A DNA stretch of 64,000 bases from an uncultured Fidelibacterota bacterium (GTDB taxonomy: Bacteria; Fidelibacterota; Marinisomatia; Marinisomatales; UBA1611), in the NCBI GenBank assembly GCA_913040915.1, contig CAJWHW010000002.1:43227-107226 (forward strand), given 5' to 3'. Position 1 is the stretch's first letter. The number at the start of each line of letters is the position of its first letter. Positions 63,123 to 64,000 of this stretch are shown here, one piece after another. The notes under the pieces are model-generated. The model saw only the letters and a list, made by a program, of their open reading frames with translations, searched no databases and had not been told where the DNA came from. The position numbers and the translations under genes were made by a program.

Positions 63123-63766
63123 TATTGTGTAAGGGCAAAATAAATAATATTAACGCCCATTTTCAAAGCAGCTTCCCTTACTGGCCAGGGATCTTGATGT
63201 ACACTAGCATCTTCCCAGCCATCGCCTAAATCAGATTCATAAGTGTATAAAATTATCATACGTTCATTTTCATATAGAGCTAGTGCTTGCGGTGTTTTAT
63301 TATTATGCTCATGGACCTTAGGCAATCCATTTGGCAGTTTATAAAATGAAGAAAAAATTGGATGTGTTTTGGGGAGTAGTACAAAATCCTTGTTAGGAAA
63401 GACCCTTTTTATTTCTCTGCGAAATGATTCATCCATTCCATAATTATCATCCGCATGAAGAAATCCTCCGTTCATTAAGATGGATCTAAGAGTAATGACC
63501 TCGTCATTATTGAGTCTAATATTCCCATGGCCAGTCATATAAAGATAAGGAAAATGATAAATCTCATCATCAGTCAGTTTCAATTGAAATTCATCAGGGT
63601 GTGCAGACATGGGAGTATTCTTATTCAGATAATCCAATAAATTAGGTAAACTGCTGGGGTCGCTGTACCAATCGCCCCCACCACTATAGTGGATTCGTGC
63701 AATGGAAAATGATTGAGTAAAAGTCATTGCCATTGAAGATAAAAGAATGATGATTATTTTCCCCAT
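63122..63766 (-). CDS. DUF4159 domain protein
   Basis: YSGGGDWYSDP, PYLYMTGHG, GGFLHADDNYG, GLPKVHEH, DLGDGWED. Confidence 0.85.
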   Translation of the reverse strand: MGKIIIILLSSMAMTFTQSFSIARIHYSGGGDWYSDPSSLPNLLDYLNKNTPMSAHPDEFQLKLTDDEIYHFPYLYMTGHGNIRLNNDEVITLRSILMNGGFLHADDNYGMDESFRREIKRVFPNKDFVLLPKTHPIFSSFYKLPNGLPKVHEHNNKTPQALALYENERMIILYTYESDLGDGWEDASVHQDPWPVREAALKMGVNIIYFALTQ

Positions 63767-63892
63767 GAAAACTGAATGTAAGAATCTATTTATTTGTTCC
63801 CCAAAAGATACTGGAAAAGTTAGCTTGTTTTTTATTAGTCTCTACTTGTAAAACTCATTGGAATCACGGAATTTTTATTACCCGTTTCTATT

Positions 63893-64000
63893 ATGAAAAA
63901 TATACACCATGCTTTACTTTTGTTAATCTTCACCGGATTATTGGCACAAATAGAAGAGGAAAAACCTGCCAGAACTTTCCTCTTCGGTCTAATCAAATTC
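63893..64000 (+). CDS. Partial ORF with a signal peptide (runs off the window edge)
   Basis: MKNIHHALLLLIFTGLLAQIEEEKPARTFLFGLIKF, open to the end of the window. Confidence 0.55.
   Translation, partial: MKNIHHALLLLIFTGLLAQIEEEKPARTFLFGLIKF

Noticed and set aside
1..64000. CRISPR arrays, tRNA/rRNA genes, transposases, integrases or prophage genes
   Set aside because: None were seen. The AT-rich tracts are low complexity and have no repeat-spacer structure.

Overview
Low-GC bacterial chromosomal window. Gene content and protein styles suggest the FCB superphylum, possibly Ca. Marinimicrobia; this is an inference and no search was run. The first ~40.6 kb is a dense amino-acid and nitrogen-assimilation supercluster: trpEGDCFBA; thrA-asd-thrB-thrC-metB-chorismate mutase; asnB; ilvBNC-leuBACD-cimA-gltB; porin-amtB-glnK; two tandem gap genes; ppc; glutamine synthetase II; and two Lrp/AsnC regulators. 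The rest is housekeeping DNA (mtaB, ABC-F, DUF3050, gcvP, rnpB, recJ, ACAD, HDIG, ybeY, mazG, yjbQ) plus a DUF4159/DUF4175/TPR operon. The most interesting signals lie in intergenic DNA missed by the ORF track: (1) an Asn-codon leader peptide (NNNNN) with terminator and antiterminator before asnB, i.e. a candidate asparagine attenuator; (2) a trp leader with Tyr, Trp and Phe control codons; (3) an Ile/Leu/Val-rich leader before ilvB; (4) a SAM-I riboswitch followed by a truncated metY relic that now heads the thr operon; (5) a GAPDH paralogue lacking both its catalytic Cys and a canonical start codon, translationally coupled to a normal gap. Probable ilvE and GNAT relics and phased AT-rich boxes are also present.
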